Shown in pieces: positions 9,686-20,612 of a stretch of 39,990 nucleotides of DNA; the stretch's first letter is position 1, and the number at the start of each line of letters is the position of its first letter. The position numbers and the translations under genes were made by a program. The notes beneath the pieces were generated by a model, which did no database searches, was not told where the DNA came from, and saw nothing but the letters and a program-made list of their open reading frames with translations. Origin of the DNA: Leidyana gryllorum EB-2025a (Eukaryota > Protista > Apicomplexa); contig JBLWGC010000045.1 of NCBI GenBank assembly GCA_048772705.1, positions 1-39,990 on the forward strand, given 5' to 3'.

Positions 9686-9881
9686 AGTGTGCGCAGGAGG
9701 GAAACAGTTATAGAATTGATTGGGTCGTGAGCAAGCCTTCTGCCGGAATCGAACCGGCGACCTTAGGCTTACTAATCGAATGCTCTGCCCCTACGCTAAG
9801 AAGGCAATGTTAGCTGGAGATCACGAATCAGTCACTATTGACGGAGATCACTGGAGTAATTTGCTCGAGTACTTCAGTGAC

Positions 9882-9954
9882 TTCCACTGCCGGGACTTGA
9901 ACCCGGATCGTGCGGGTGAAAGCCGCATATCCTAGCCACTTAGACTACAGTGGA
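9882..9954 (-). tRNA. tRNA-Glu(TTC)
   Basis: Intact consensus copy. Confidence 0.9.
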
Positions 9955-10172
9955 CGAGTCACAACAGTTGCACTGACGAATGAGGCGCCAGAGAACTGTG
10001 AGTCGATCTCAGGTGGGAAGTTCACCTAGGTTTGGCGAGTGGGGGGCTATCTCAAGTGGTAGAGCGGTGACTTGGCACGCGAGAGGTCAGTTTAGACACC
10101 CATCAATGCCGCAGGACAGGCTGAACATGGGGGCATTTGGTCACTCCTCGCGGCATGTCGAATTCGACAGTT

Positions 10173-10254
10173 GGCAACTTGCCCGAGCGGTTAAGGTGGT
10201 AGACTTGAAATCTACTGGGCCTGGCCCGCGCTGGTTCAAATCCAGCAGTTGTCG
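10173..10254 (+). tRNA. tRNA-Ser(TGA)
   Basis: gtaga-ct-TGA-aa-tctac; D-arm variants. Confidence 0.78.
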
Positions 10255-10776
10255 TTCGATGTGATTGGAGGGGCAGACAACAAGCCTGAAACCCGAGAAT
10301 GGTGCCTCAATCAACCATCTGCCATCTTCTCTGCATCTGCGGGAATCGTTACACCTCCAGTCCTGAATACAGAACGAAGAGTCTAAACTACTCCAGGCCG
10401 TCCAACTTAGGCCGGTACATATGAACCAGGCTCATGGGATACGCGTTTCCAGAGACACACGCCCCTTCGGCAGTCCGGAAGCTCCGTGCAGCCATCTAGC
10501 GGTCACTACGTCTGCTTAACACGCAGAAGGTCCCGAGTTCAATCCTCGGTGGCTGTAACACGCATCGTTCAGGCAAGCATCACGGAATCTAGAGTGGAAG
10601 ACTATCTATCTCCGAGACCGGGAATCGAACCCGGGTCTTCCGCGTGAGAGGCGGCCAAACTAACCACCATACTATCTCGGTGGCTCACAAACACACCGGC
10701 CTTCAACCCCAAAAGTCCTCCCTTCTCGAGACTTCACGAACAGAAAACGTGTAAAGTGGCAAGCCAAGAACCCTTC

Positions 10777-10856
10777 GGCAAGATGGCCGAGTGGTCTAAG
10801 GCGCTGTGTTAAGGCCGCAGTCCGAAAGGGCGTGGGTTCGAATCCCACTCTTGTCA
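10777..10856 (+). tRNA. tRNA-Leu(AAG)
   Basis: ctgtg-tt-AAG-gc-cgcag. Confidence 0.9.
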
Positions 10857-11399
10857 GCCGTTGTATCGGCACTCGGTCAGCCACTGGATGCAGAAGGTTT
10901 TCCATGTAGAGCGGATGGGCGGCTAGCTCAGATGGTAGAGCGCTCCTTTGCATGCGAGAGGTACTAGGATCCATACCCAGGTCGTCCAAACTCAGTAGGG
11001 CGACCTGTCGGTAGTTAAATACGGAGTTGCGACCTCTAACAGAGCGTCGCATATCGCAGCTCCCGGCACCGCTAGGCTTCGAAACTGCGACTCTGTGGTA
11101 AACAGCTACACGCTTTGCCGACTGAGCTACAAGACCCAGTTGCAATGTTCTTCCAAGCGAGGAAAAATCATACCTGCAGACCAAACAGCCCCCTGGTCGG
11201 AGCTTGTCAGCGTCTCTGTCAATCTGCCACGGCTGTTTGAGGCGTGCCTCCTGCGTCTGCCGTCTCGGTGGCAACGACACATTCTACCACTAGACCACAG
11301 ATGCATGACTCGTTGTTGTTCAAGCTCGTGCACAATAACGGCCGTTTTGCTTCAAGTGAGGAGACAGGATCGAGTTGAGTGAGTATGAGGGGCAGTTCT

Positions 11400-11471
11400 G
11401 GGTACGTAGCTCAGTGGTAGAGCAGCTGACTGCAGATCAGCAAGTCCGTGGTTCAACTCCGCGCGTGCCCT
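11400..11471 (+). tRNA. tRNA-Cys(GCA)
   Basis: gctga-ct-GCA-ga-tcagc; U73. Confidence 0.9.
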
Positions 11472-11608
11472 GAAGATGGAATGAAACGTTCGAAGGTGTT
11501 GGCTCAGCCATACCGTCATGTGATCGAGACAGGGCCTGCCTGGTTAGCTGAGGGGCAGAACCCTCGCACGGGCGCGAGGGATTTTGACACCAGATGCCAC
11601 AACCTCTC

Positions 11609-11681
11609 TGCCTCGGCTGTGGATCGAGCACGGGACTTCCAGATCTTCAGTCTGGCGCTCTCCCAACTGAGCTACCGAGGC
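11609..11681 (-). pseudogene. tRNA-Phe(GAA), T-arm mutated
   Basis: GCTCGA T-loop and a T-stem mismatch versus 3594-3666. Confidence 0.7.
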
Positions 11682-11913
11682 GGTAGGTAGGCCCGGGAGG
11701 CGGTGAAAATAAGCAATTATCGCGGCCGTATGTGGGGCCACTCTTCGCCGCATGCCGGAAGACAGTTGCCAACTTGCCCGAGTGGGGAGGGGGGTAGATT
11801 GGAATTCAACTGGGCCTGGACAGATCCAGCAGTTGTCGTGCGATGTGGTTGGAGGGTTAAACACCAACTCACGCTTGAATTTCTGAATGGTGGAAAAGCA
11901 ACCATGTGTCATC

Positions 11914-11984
11914 TGCATCTGCCGGGATTCGAACCCGGGTCGTCTCAATGGCAACGAGACCTTCTACCACTAGACCACAGATGC
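11914..11984 (-). tRNA. tRNA-Gly(GCC)
   Basis: Paralogue of 379-449 with three substitutions. Confidence 0.8.
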
Positions 11985-12157
11985 GTGACACCTTGTTGTT
12001 GAAGCTCGTACACGGTAACGGCCGTTTTTCTGAACGAATGGAATGTCCGTGGCGTGTTCGGAGCGTCCGAGATAGCATAGTGGTTACTATTTTCGCATGT
12101 CACGCCTAAGAAGCGGGCCGATTGCCGGTAAATGAGTCTGGAACGGGGGATGGTTTT

Positions 12158-12229
12158 GGGCCTATGGCGCAACGGTAGCGCGTCTGACTACAGATCAGAA
12201 GGTTGGGTGTTCGAATCACTCTGGGCTCA
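12158..12229 (+). tRNA. tRNA-Trp body with ACA anticodon
   Basis: tctga-ct-ACA-ga-tcaga; rest identical to 618-689. Confidence 0.8.
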
Positions 12230-12439
12230 ACCGGACTCTATGTTTTTCCCGTTTGGGGCGCAACCTGACAAAAGTGGGATTCGGACCCACGACCTTTCGG
12301 ACTCCGGTCTGAGCACAGCGCCTCAGACCACTCGGTCATCTTGCCGGGATGTTGTTGGCTCGCCGCTCCACGCGTTTTCTATCCCTGGAATCTCAAGTTG
12401 GAATGACTTTTGGGGTTTCAGGCCGGTGTGTTCGGAGCG

Positions 12440-12511
12440 TCCGAGATAGTATAGTGGTTAGTATTTCCGCCTGTCACGCGGAAGACCCGGGTTCGATTCC
12501 CGGTCTCGGAG
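12440..12511 (+). tRNA. tRNA-Asp(GTC)
   Basis: Identical to 900-971. Confidence 0.93.
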
Positions 12512-12566
12512 CACAGTTGATCTCGCTTAAGATTGTCTTTTTTGGTGCCCGCTGAAAGTTGCGAGC

Positions 12567-12639
12567 TACAGCCACCGAGGATCGAACTCTGGACCTTCTG
12601 CGTGTTAAGCAGACGTCGTAACCACTAGACCATGGCTGC
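12567..12639 (-). tRNA. tRNA-Val(AAC)
   Basis: Paralogue of 1027-1099, one T-stem change. Confidence 0.8.
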
Positions 12640-12929
12640 ATGGATGGTCCCCGCAGCCCAAGAGAAGTGGCGAAGCTTCAGGGAGTAGTGAGGACCAGTT
12701 CAAGGGTCGCGCCGGGATCGAACCCAGGTCGGAAAATCCAAAGTGTCGAGTGCTAACCACCAAGGACGCAACCGGTTCAGCCCATCCCAGAAGAGTCGGA
12801 CTAGCGCTTCCTCAACTGGACACATGCAACACGGGTCTTGTATACAGACCCCAGCGTAAAGCGTTGGATTCGAGTCGGCCAAAATCCTCAGTTCAATCAT
12901 TGAAGCAGATGCGCTCTCCCGAATGCTAC

Positions 12930-13011
12930 CGACAAGGGTGAGATTCGAACTCACGCGGGTAGAACCCAACGGCTTAGCAGGCCGCCGCCTTAACCACTCG
13001 GCCACCTTGCC
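12930..13011 (-). tRNA. tRNA-Ser(GCT)
   Basis: Intact. Confidence 0.9.
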
Positions 13012-13120
13012 GACGACATGTCTTACTCGCTGGCACTTTTTCACAACGGTTTGGGGTCCTGGTCAAGCTTGCTGAACCGTATGTGACATCACTGGCCGCA
13101 AAATGCCGAGTTCGACAGGT

Positions 13121-13202
13121 GGCAACTTGCCCGAGTGGTTAAGGGGGTAGACTCGAAATCTACTGGGCCTGGCCCGCGCTGGTTCAAATCCAGCAGTTGT
13201 CG
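13121..13202 (+). tRNA. tRNA-Ser(CGA)
   Basis: gtaga-ct-CGA-aa-tctac; intact. Confidence 0.9.
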
Positions 13203-13266
13203 TGCGATGTGGTGGAAATGATGCAATTCCCAGCATCAAAAACTCATATGGGTCGAGACAGGGAAT

Positions 13267-13338
13267 GCCTCCTTAGCTTAGGGGCAGAGCATTCGCTTTC
13301 TAAGCGAAAGGTCGCTGGTTCGGTTCCGGCAGGAGGCT
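13267..13338 (+). pseudogene. Thr body with TCT anticodon, A58G
   Basis: ttcgc-tt-TCT-aa-gcgaa; compare TGT copy 34183-34254. Confidence 0.7.
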
Positions 13339-13569
13339 TCAGTCATTAGCCTAAACATGGTTGCGATCATCCGCCCGCATTTCCGGACGGCGGCTTGCAC
13401 ACAGCACTCGGCCATCTTGCCGAAGTGTTACCCGTTTCCTGTCCGTGAAATCTCTAAATGCGAGGACTTCTGGGGTTGGAGGCCGGCATCTTTACTAGCG
13501 TCCGAGATAGTATAGTGGTCAGTATTTCCGCCTGTCACGCGGAATACCGGGTTCGATTCCCGGTGTCCG

Positions 13570-14072
13570 AGATAGATCGTCTTCCGCTCTAGATTTCGTG
13601 ATGCTCACCTGAACGATGCGTGTTACAGCCACCGAGGATGGAACTCGGGACCTTCTGCGTGTTAAACAGACGTCGTGACCACTAGATGGCTGCACGGAGC
13701 TTCCGGACTGCGAAAGGGGCGTGCGTCTCTGGAACCACGTATCCGATGAGCCTGGTTTTTATGTATCGGCCTAAGTTGGACGGCCTGGACTAGTTTTAAG
13801 ACCCTTTGGTTTGTATTCAGGAATGGAGATGTCACGCATCTGTGGTTTAGTGGTAGACTGTGTCGTTGCCACCGAGACGACCCAGGTTCGATCCCCGGCA
13901 GATGCAGAGAATATGGCAGATGGCTGATTGAGGCACCATTCTGGGGTTTCACGAGTGAGTTGTTGTCTGCCCCTCCAATCAGATCGCACGACAACTGCTG
14001 GATTTGAACCAGCGCGGGCCAGGCCCAGTAGATTTCAAGTCTACCCCCTTAACCACTCGGGCAAGTTGCCAA
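13570..14072 (+). repeat. Val*-Gly-Ser module; direct copies about 17066-17568 and 36610-37115, inverted copy about 26100-26590
   Basis: Shared spacers; offset 3496 to the 17 kb copy. Confidence 0.88.
13989..14070 (-). tRNA. tRNA-Ser(TGA)
   Basis: Intact consensus body. Confidence 0.9.
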
Positions 14073-14287
14073 CTGTCGAATTCGACATGCCGCGAGGAGT
14101 GACCAAATGCCCCCATGTTCAGCCTGTCCTGCCCATTGATAGGTGTCTAAACTGACCTCTCGCCTGCCAAGTCACCGCTCTACCACTTGAGATAGCCGCC
14201 CACCCGCCAAACCTAGGTGAACTTCCAATCTGAGACCGACTCACAGTTCTCTGGCGCCTCATTCGTCAGTGCAACTGTTGTGACTCG

Positions 14288-14360
14288 TCCACTGTAGTCT
14301 AAGTGGCTAGGATATGCGGCTCTCACCCGCACGATCCGGGTTCAAGTCCCGGCAGTGGAC
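14288..14360 (+). tRNA. tRNA-Glu(CTC)
   Basis: tgcgg-ct-CTC-ac-ccgca. Confidence 0.87.
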
Positions 14361-14424
14361 ATCCAGCTGAGTGTCCTTGTAGGCAACATTTCCATTCTTA
14401 CTCCCAGGGAAATAAATAGATGCA

Positions 14425-14497
14425 CACCGCCCGCGGGGCTCGAACCCGCGACTGCAAGATTAAGAGTCTTGCGCTCTACCGACTGAGCTAGGGCGGC
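14425..14497 (-). tRNA. tRNA-Lys(CTT)
   Basis: caaga-ct-CTT-aa-tcttg. Confidence 0.92.
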
Positions 14498-14768
14498 AGG
14501 AATGCAAGGACACAAAACCCGATAGCCCGACATCTTAAGTGGCTTTGGTACCCACCAGTCTCAATTGAAGATTGTGCGGGTCGTCTAGGTGCTTACAACA
14601 GCAAGTTGTGGCCGTGCATACCCAGGCCCGAATCCTGGCTTGGGTTAGTATGTCCCCGATGTCTCGAATGGGAGATGTGGGTGAAGTCTGTCCACACCCA
14701 CCATCGGGCGTAGCTGCCCATGTCCTGTCTTGATCGCTACACACTCCCATTTGACGGCTCCGCTAGTC

Positions 14769-14841
14769 GGCGCTATGGCCTAATGGATATGGCATCGGTC
14801 TTCGGAACCGGGGATTCTGGGTTCGAGTCCCAGTAGCGTCT
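14769..14841 (+). tRNA. tRNA-Arg(TCG) on the Arg(ACG) body
   Basis: Identical to 2799-2871 except position 34. Confidence 0.88.
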
Positions 14842-15153
14842 GGGCGAATGACCGGGTTGCAGCCTGTTGAGCCAACAAGTCAGATCCTGTCTTAGCTGTC
14901 CGGGATGGGTCGAGTGCCGTGTTGAGTCAACAACTGACAGACGGGCTGTTCTGGGAATCGAACCCAGGACTTCTTCCACCCGAAGGAAGAATATATAACT
15001 GGACCAAACAGAGCGCTGTGGGTGCGTCAGGTACTGGCAGGTTCCAAACCTGCGACTTCGTTGAGAGACTTACACTCTGATGGCTGAGCTACGAGGCTCA
15101 GCTACGATGATTGGAGTTGCGATAAGCTTGCAGGTGCCCATTCGATGCAGTCG

Positions 15154-15225
15154 AGCCTTCTGCCGGAATCGAACCGGCGACCTTTCGCTTACTAAGCGAA
15201 TGCTCTGCCCCTAAGCTAAGAAGGC
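15154..15225 (-). tRNA. tRNA-Thr(AGT)
   Basis: ttcgc-tt-AGT-aa-gcgaa; intact. Confidence 0.9.
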
Positions 15226-15356
15226 AACTTATCTGGAGAATCATGTGTCAGTTGTATCGACAGAAGTTAGCCGGGTGCTACGTGCACGGCGGGCAGTCCC
15301 GCCCATCGTGCGGGCATGCTGGGAAGAAGTCGCAAGTTATTCTGGACTACAACGGC

Positions 15357-15436
15357 TGACAAGAGTGGGATTCGAACCCACGCCCTTTCGGATTGCGGCC
15401 TGAACACAGCGCCTTGGACCACTCGGCCATCTTGCC
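15357..15436 (-). tRNA. tRNA-Leu(CAG)
   Basis: Two substitutions versus 7094-7173. Confidence 0.8.
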
Positions 15437-15870
15437 GAAATGTTGTTGGCTCGCCGCTCCACAAATGTTGTTGGCTCGCCGCTCCACGCGTTTTCTATCC
15501 GTGGAATCTCAAAATGGAAGAACTTCTGGGGTTGGGGGCTAGCGTATCCAGAGCGTCCGAGATAGTATAGCGGTTAGTATTCCGCCTATCACGCGGAAAA
15601 CCAAGATCGATTCGCGGTCTCGGAGCACAGTTGGTTGCGTTTAGGATTGTTTCTTTCGGATCTCGCTGAAAGTTGCGAGCTACAGCCACCGAGGATCGGA
15701 TCGGGACCTTCTGCGTGTGAAGCAGACGTCGTGACCACTAGACCATGGCTGCACGGAGCCTGCGGACTGGGAAAAAAGGCGTGTGTCTCTGGAAACACGT
15801 ATCCTGATGATCTAGTTGAGGGAGAGCTAGTGTGGATGGCTTTACCAACTCTTTTGGGAAGGACTGAATG

Positions 15871-15942
15871 GGTTGCGTGGTGTAGTGGTTAGCACTGGAG
15901 ACTCTGAATCTCCCGACCCGGGTTCGATTCCCGGCGCGACCT
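15871..15942 (+). tRNA. tRNA-Gln(CTG)
   Basis: ggaga-ct-CTG-aa-tctcc. Confidence 0.9.
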
Positions 15943-16460
15943 CGAAACTAGTGCTCACTATTTTGTGAAACCTCGCCAATTCTCTTGGTCTGCGGGACCT
16001 TCCGTGCGGCCATCCTCTAGTGGTCACGACGTCTGCTTCACACGCAGCAGCTCCTGACTTCAATCCTCGGTGGCTGTGGCTCGCAACTGGGCGAGAACCA
16101 GAGGAGACAATCTTAAGCGAAACCATCTAAGTGTGCTCCGAGACCGGGAATCGAACCCGGGTCTTTCGCGTGACAGGCGGAAATACTGACAACTATACTA
16201 TCTCGAATCTGTATCAGGAGATCCACTCACTTGATCACGCCGACATACCATGTTTTCCAAGACGGTACGGCTCTCGGCCGAAGCCCCAACTCAACCACTC
16301 GTCCACTGTAGTCTAAGTGGCTAGGATATGCGGCCTCACCCGCAAGCTCCGGGCTCAAGTCCGGCAGTGGAAGTCAGTGGTGGAGGTCAGTGGAATACTC
16401 GAGCAAAGTGCCCAGCAATCTCCGTCAATAGTGTCTGATTCGTGATCTTCGGCCTGCATT

Positions 16461-16532
16461 GCCTTCTTAGCTTAGAGGCAGAGCATTCGCTTAGTAAGCG
16501 AAAGGTCGCCGGTTCGATTCCGGCAGAAGGCT
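16461..16532 (+). tRNA. tRNA-Thr(AGT)
   Basis: Near-consensus. Confidence 0.85.
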
Positions 16533-16789
16533 TCGCTCACGACCCAATCAATTCTATAACTGTTTCCCTCTTGCGCACACTTAGCAGTGCGTCGTTTCGA
16601 TCGACGGACCTTTGGGTTATGAGCCCAACACTCTTCTACTGAGCTACACTACTCAGTCTGCAACATGGAAGAGGGAGCCGAAATGCGATTCTTGAGATGT
16701 TAATGGCCTTGAGTGCCGAAGTGGGCTAACGAGGTGGCTGTGTTGGCTGTGAGGGCAACTTGTCCCGTCGGGTCAACCAACAACCAAGA

Positions 16790-16861
16790 GGGCTGTTCTG
16801 GGAATCGAACCCAGGACTCCTTCCACCCTAAGGAAGGATCATACCACTAGACCAAACAGCC
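16790..16861 (-). tRNA. tRNA-Pro(AGG)
   Basis: cttcc-tt-AGG-gt-ggaag. Confidence 0.9.
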
Positions 16862-17484
16862 GACTGGTCGGTCGTGTAACCCGCTGAGGACAGTTGAGAT
16901 AGTGGTCATACTATGTTGAAGCCAACAAATGCGATGGGGTCTACACAACAAAATGGAAAGACTTTTTGGAGTTGGAGGCCGGCGTATTCAGAGCATTTGA
17001 GATAGTATAGTGGTTAGTATTTCCGCCTGTCACGCGGAAGACCCGGGTTCGATTTCCGGTCTCGGAGATAGATCGTCTTCCTCTCTAGATTTCGTGATGC
17101 TCACCTGAACGATGCGTGTTACAGCCACCGAGGATGGAACTCGGGACCTTCTGCGTGTTAAACAGACGTCGTGACCACTAGATGGCTGCACGGAGCTTCC
17201 GGACTGCGAAAGGAGCGTGTGTCTCTGGAACCACGTATCCGATGAGCCTGGTTTTTATGTATCGGCCTAAGTTGGACGGCCTGGACTAGTTTTAAGACCC
17301 TTCGCTTTGTATTCAGGAATGGAGATGTCACGCATCTGTGGTTTAGTGGTAGACTGTGTCGTTGCCACCGAGACGACCCAGGTTCGATTCCCGGCAGATG
17401 CAGAGAAGATGGCAGATGGTTGATTGAGGCACCATTCTGGGGTTTCAGGAGTGAGTTGTTGTCTGCCCCTCCAATCAGATCGCA

Positions 17485-17566
17485 CGACAACTGCTGGATT
17501 TGAACCAGCGCGGGCCAGGCCCAGTAGATTTCTAGTCTACCCCCTTAACCACTCGGGCAAGTTGCC
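17485..17566 (-). tRNA. tRNA-Ser(AGA)
   Basis: Identical to 13989-14070 except position 34. Confidence 0.9.
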
Positions 17567-17801
17567 ACCTGTCGGACTTGGCATCTTGCGCCCTGTGGCT
17601 TCACATACGGTTCAGCAAGCTTGACTCGGACTGCTGGCGCTGCCCGAAGCTGCGGTCTCTCCATTGAAAGTTTAGGGGTCTACCGACGGAGCTGGAGCGG
17701 CAAGGAAGCTCGGACTTAGTAACTAGTTCCTTTCGTATTGGTCGCAGAATGTTGAGGCTTCCTCGCGTCCAGGACAACTATTTATCAGAGATCTACTCAC
17801 T

Positions 17802-17875
17802 TGGTCACGCCCGGGCTCGAACCGGGGACCTTGAGCTTATTAGGCTAACGCTCTAACCGACTGAGCTACGCGACC
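17802..17875 (-). tRNA. tRNA-Ile(AAT)
   Basis: ct-AAT-aa loop; one anticodon-stem mismatch. Confidence 0.8.
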
Positions 17876-18054
17876 ACTTCTGCGACGACAGATGGCACCG
17901 ACCCGGATGCTGGATCCCCCTGAGTTAGAATCAAACCCCAATTTTCTAAGCTGCAGTCAGACCCGCTACGTTCCGCCATAGGCCCCGCTCCAGACTCATT
18001 GCATTGTGGTCAGGAATGTTGGACCAACAACTTCGAGCGTTTTAGCCCATCTCC

Positions 18055-18126
18055 AGGGCACGCGCGGAGTTGAACCACGAGCCTGCTGATCTGCAGTCAG
18101 CTGCTCTACCACTGAGCTACGTACCC
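18055..18126 (-). tRNA. tRNA-Cys(GCA)
   Basis: Paralogue of 11400-11471. Confidence 0.87.
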
Positions 18127-18268
18127 AGAACTGCCCCTCACACTCGCTCAACTCGATTCTATCTTCTCATTTGAAGTAAAACGGTCGTGTACGTCGAGAC
18201 CACTAGATCGTGGCTGCACGAATGGCAAGAGATGGCGAAGTTTCAGGGAGTAGTGAGGACCAGTTCCA

Positions 18269-18340
18269 AGGTCGCGCCGGGAATCGAACCCAGGTCGGGA
18301 GATTCAGAGTCTCCAGTGCTAACCACTACACCACGCAACC
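18269..18340 (-). tRNA. tRNA-Gln(CTG)
   Basis: Intact. Confidence 0.9.
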
Positions 18341-18618
18341 GGTTCAGCCCATCCAAAAGAGTCGGTAGAGTCATCCGGGCTAGCGTTCCCAACTGGACAC
18401 ATGCAACACGCGTCTCTCTACTGACCTTTGAAATATTGTAACTGACTCTGGTATCTTCGTCGGCAGAGTGTGTGATTGTAAAATGCAAACTCGGAAATCC
18501 GGGCTCTGAGGCAACCTTCACACATACTGCGGTGCCCGAGTCTAGCCAAGGGGTAAAGGGCACACTTGAAAGCTTTCAACTCTGTAGTAAAAAAGCGGCA
18601 CTTGCAGACTACGAAGTT

Positions 18619-18691
18619 TGGACGACCTGGACATCGATCCCAGTACCTCTCGCATGCTAAGCGAGCGCTCTACCATTTGAGCTAGTCGCCC
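18619..18691 (-). tRNA. tRNA-Ala(AGC)
   Basis: G3:U70, ctcgc-tt-AGC-at-gcgag, GATCGAT T-loop. Confidence 0.87.
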
Positions 18692-18780
18692 TTTGTGCAG
18701 ACCCCGTCGCATTTTGTTGATTCTCAACATCGTATGACCACTCTCGCGACTGTGCTCACCGCGTTGCACGACCGACAGGC

Positions 18781-18852
18781 GGCTGTTTGGTCTAGTGGTA
18801 TGATTCTTCCTTCGGGTGGAAGAAGTCCTGGGTTCGATTCCCAGAACAGCCC
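18781..18852 (+). tRNA. tRNA-Pro(CGG)
   Basis: Intact. Confidence 0.9.
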
Positions 18853-19081
18853 GTTGGTTGTCGGTTGACCCGACGCTCTATCTCAGATCAAGAGGGTACG
18901 GCTCTCGGCTAAAGCTGCAGCTGAGGAAGTTGTCCACTGTAGTCTAAGTGGCTAGGATATGCGGCTCTCACCCGCACGATCTGGGTTTAAGTCCCGGCAG
19001 TGGAAGTCATCGGACCATTCGAGCAAAGTGCCTCAGAAATCCCCGTCAATAGTGGCTGATTCGTGATCTTTGGCTTGCATT

Positions 19082-19153
19082 GCCTTCTTAGCTTAGGGGC
19101 AGAGCATTCGCTTAGTAAGCGAAAGGTCGCCGGTTCAATTCCGGCAGAAGGCT
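19082..19153 (+). tRNA. tRNA-Thr(AGT)
   Basis: Intact, A57 variant. Confidence 0.85.
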
Positions 19154-19202
19154 TTGGTCACGACCCAATCAATTCTATAGCTGTTTCCCTCCTGCGCACA
19201 CT

Positions 19203-19274
19203 TAGCAGTGCGTCGTTTCGATCGACGGACCTTTGGGTTATGAGCCCAACACTCTTCCACTGAGCTACACTGCT
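19203..19274 (-). tRNA. initiator tRNA-Met(CAT)
   Basis: Identical to 8105-8176. Confidence 0.92.
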
Positions 19275-19409
19275 CGGTCTGCAACATGGAAGAGGGAGCC
19301 GAAATGCGATTCTTGAGATGTTAATTGCCTTGAGTGCGAAGTCTGCTAACGAGCTGGCTGCGTTGGTTCTAAAAACTGCTTATCTCATCGGGTCAACCGA
19401 CAACCAAGA

Positions 19410-19481
19410 GGGCTGTTCTGGGAATCGAACCCAGGACTCCTTCCACCCTAAGGAAGGATCATACCGCTAGACCAAACAGCC
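19410..19481 (-). tRNA. tRNA-Pro(AGG)
   Basis: Near-consensus. Confidence 0.85.
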
Positions 19482-19744
19482 GCCCGTCGGTCGTGCAACC
19501 CGCTGGGTACACTCGAGAGAGTGGTCATACTATGTGAAGTACCACTAAATGCGATGGGGTCTGCACAGCGGGAGGCTAGCCCAGATGATGAAACGGTGCT
19601 TAGTATACGAAAGGTTCCGGGATCGATTCTCAGCCCATCCGAACTACATAGATGGAACCCTCCCCAGAGTAGTCTAGTTGGCCTATCAACGCTGTCTGCC
19701 AAAACCATCAGGTTGAGTAGTACTTTGCCAATCACCACTCTACT

Positions 19745-19824
19745 TCCGGTGGGACAGAATCGAACCGCCGACTATCTGATGCCAGCACTACAGTCAGATG
19801 CTCTACCAACTGAGCTACCCCCGG
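19745..19824 (-). tRNA. tRNA-Tyr(GTA), 7-nt intron
   Basis: One T-stem change. Confidence 0.8.
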
Positions 19825-20015
19825 CCGTCCAACTGCTCCGGGGTTCGAACGGCTCAACCCCAGATCCTCGCCCTTTCGGACTGGGGTCTGAGCACAGCGC
19901 CTTAGACAACTCGGCCATCTTGCGACAGTGTTGTTGGTTCATCGCTCCACGCGTTTTTTGTCCGTGAGCCAAAATAGAAAGACTTCTGGGATTGGAGGCC
20001 GGCGTGTTCAGAGCG

Positions 20016-20087
20016 TCCGAGATAGTATAGTGGTTAGTATTTCCGCCTGTCACGCGGAAGACCCGGGTTCGATTCCCGGTCTCGGAG
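20016..20087 (+). tRNA. tRNA-Asp(GTC)
   Basis: Intact. Confidence 0.92.
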
Positions 20088-20254
20088 CAGAGGTGGTTCC
20101 GCTTAAGATTCTCTCCTTTGGTTCTCGCTGAAAGTTGGGAGTTACTTTCTGCGTGTTAAGCAGACGTCGTAACCACTAGACCTTGGCTGCATGAATGGTC
20201 CCCGCAGCCCAAGAGAAGTGGCGAAGTTTCAGGGAGTAGTGAGGACCAGTTCCA

Positions 20255-20326
20255 AGGTCGCGCCGGGAATCGAACCCAGGTCGGGAGATTCAGAGTCTCC
20301 AGTGCTAACCACTACACCACGCAACC
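20255..20326 (-). tRNA. tRNA-Gln(CTG)
   Basis: Intact. Confidence 0.9.
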
Positions 20327-20530
20327 GGTTCAGGCCACCCAAAAGAGTCGGTAGAATCATCCGGACTAGCGCTTCCTCAACTGGACACACGCAACACGGG
20401 TCTCTTTACTGACCTCTGGGAATATTTTAGGTGGCTCATGTATATAGCGCCCAGCGTAGAGCGTTGGATTTGAGTCGGACAGAATGCTCACTTCAATCAT
20501 TGAAGCAATTGCGCTCTTCGCGAATGCTAC

Positions 20531-20612
20531 CGTCAAGGGTGAGTTTCGAACTCACGCGGGTAACACCCAACGGCTTAACAGGCCGCCGCCTTAACCACTC
20601 GGCCACCTTGCC
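20531..20612 (-). tRNA. tRNA-Ser(GCT) body carrying Asn anticodon GTT
   Basis: cggc-ct-GTT-aa-gccg; long variable arm kept; G2.A71 mismatch. Confidence 0.78.
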
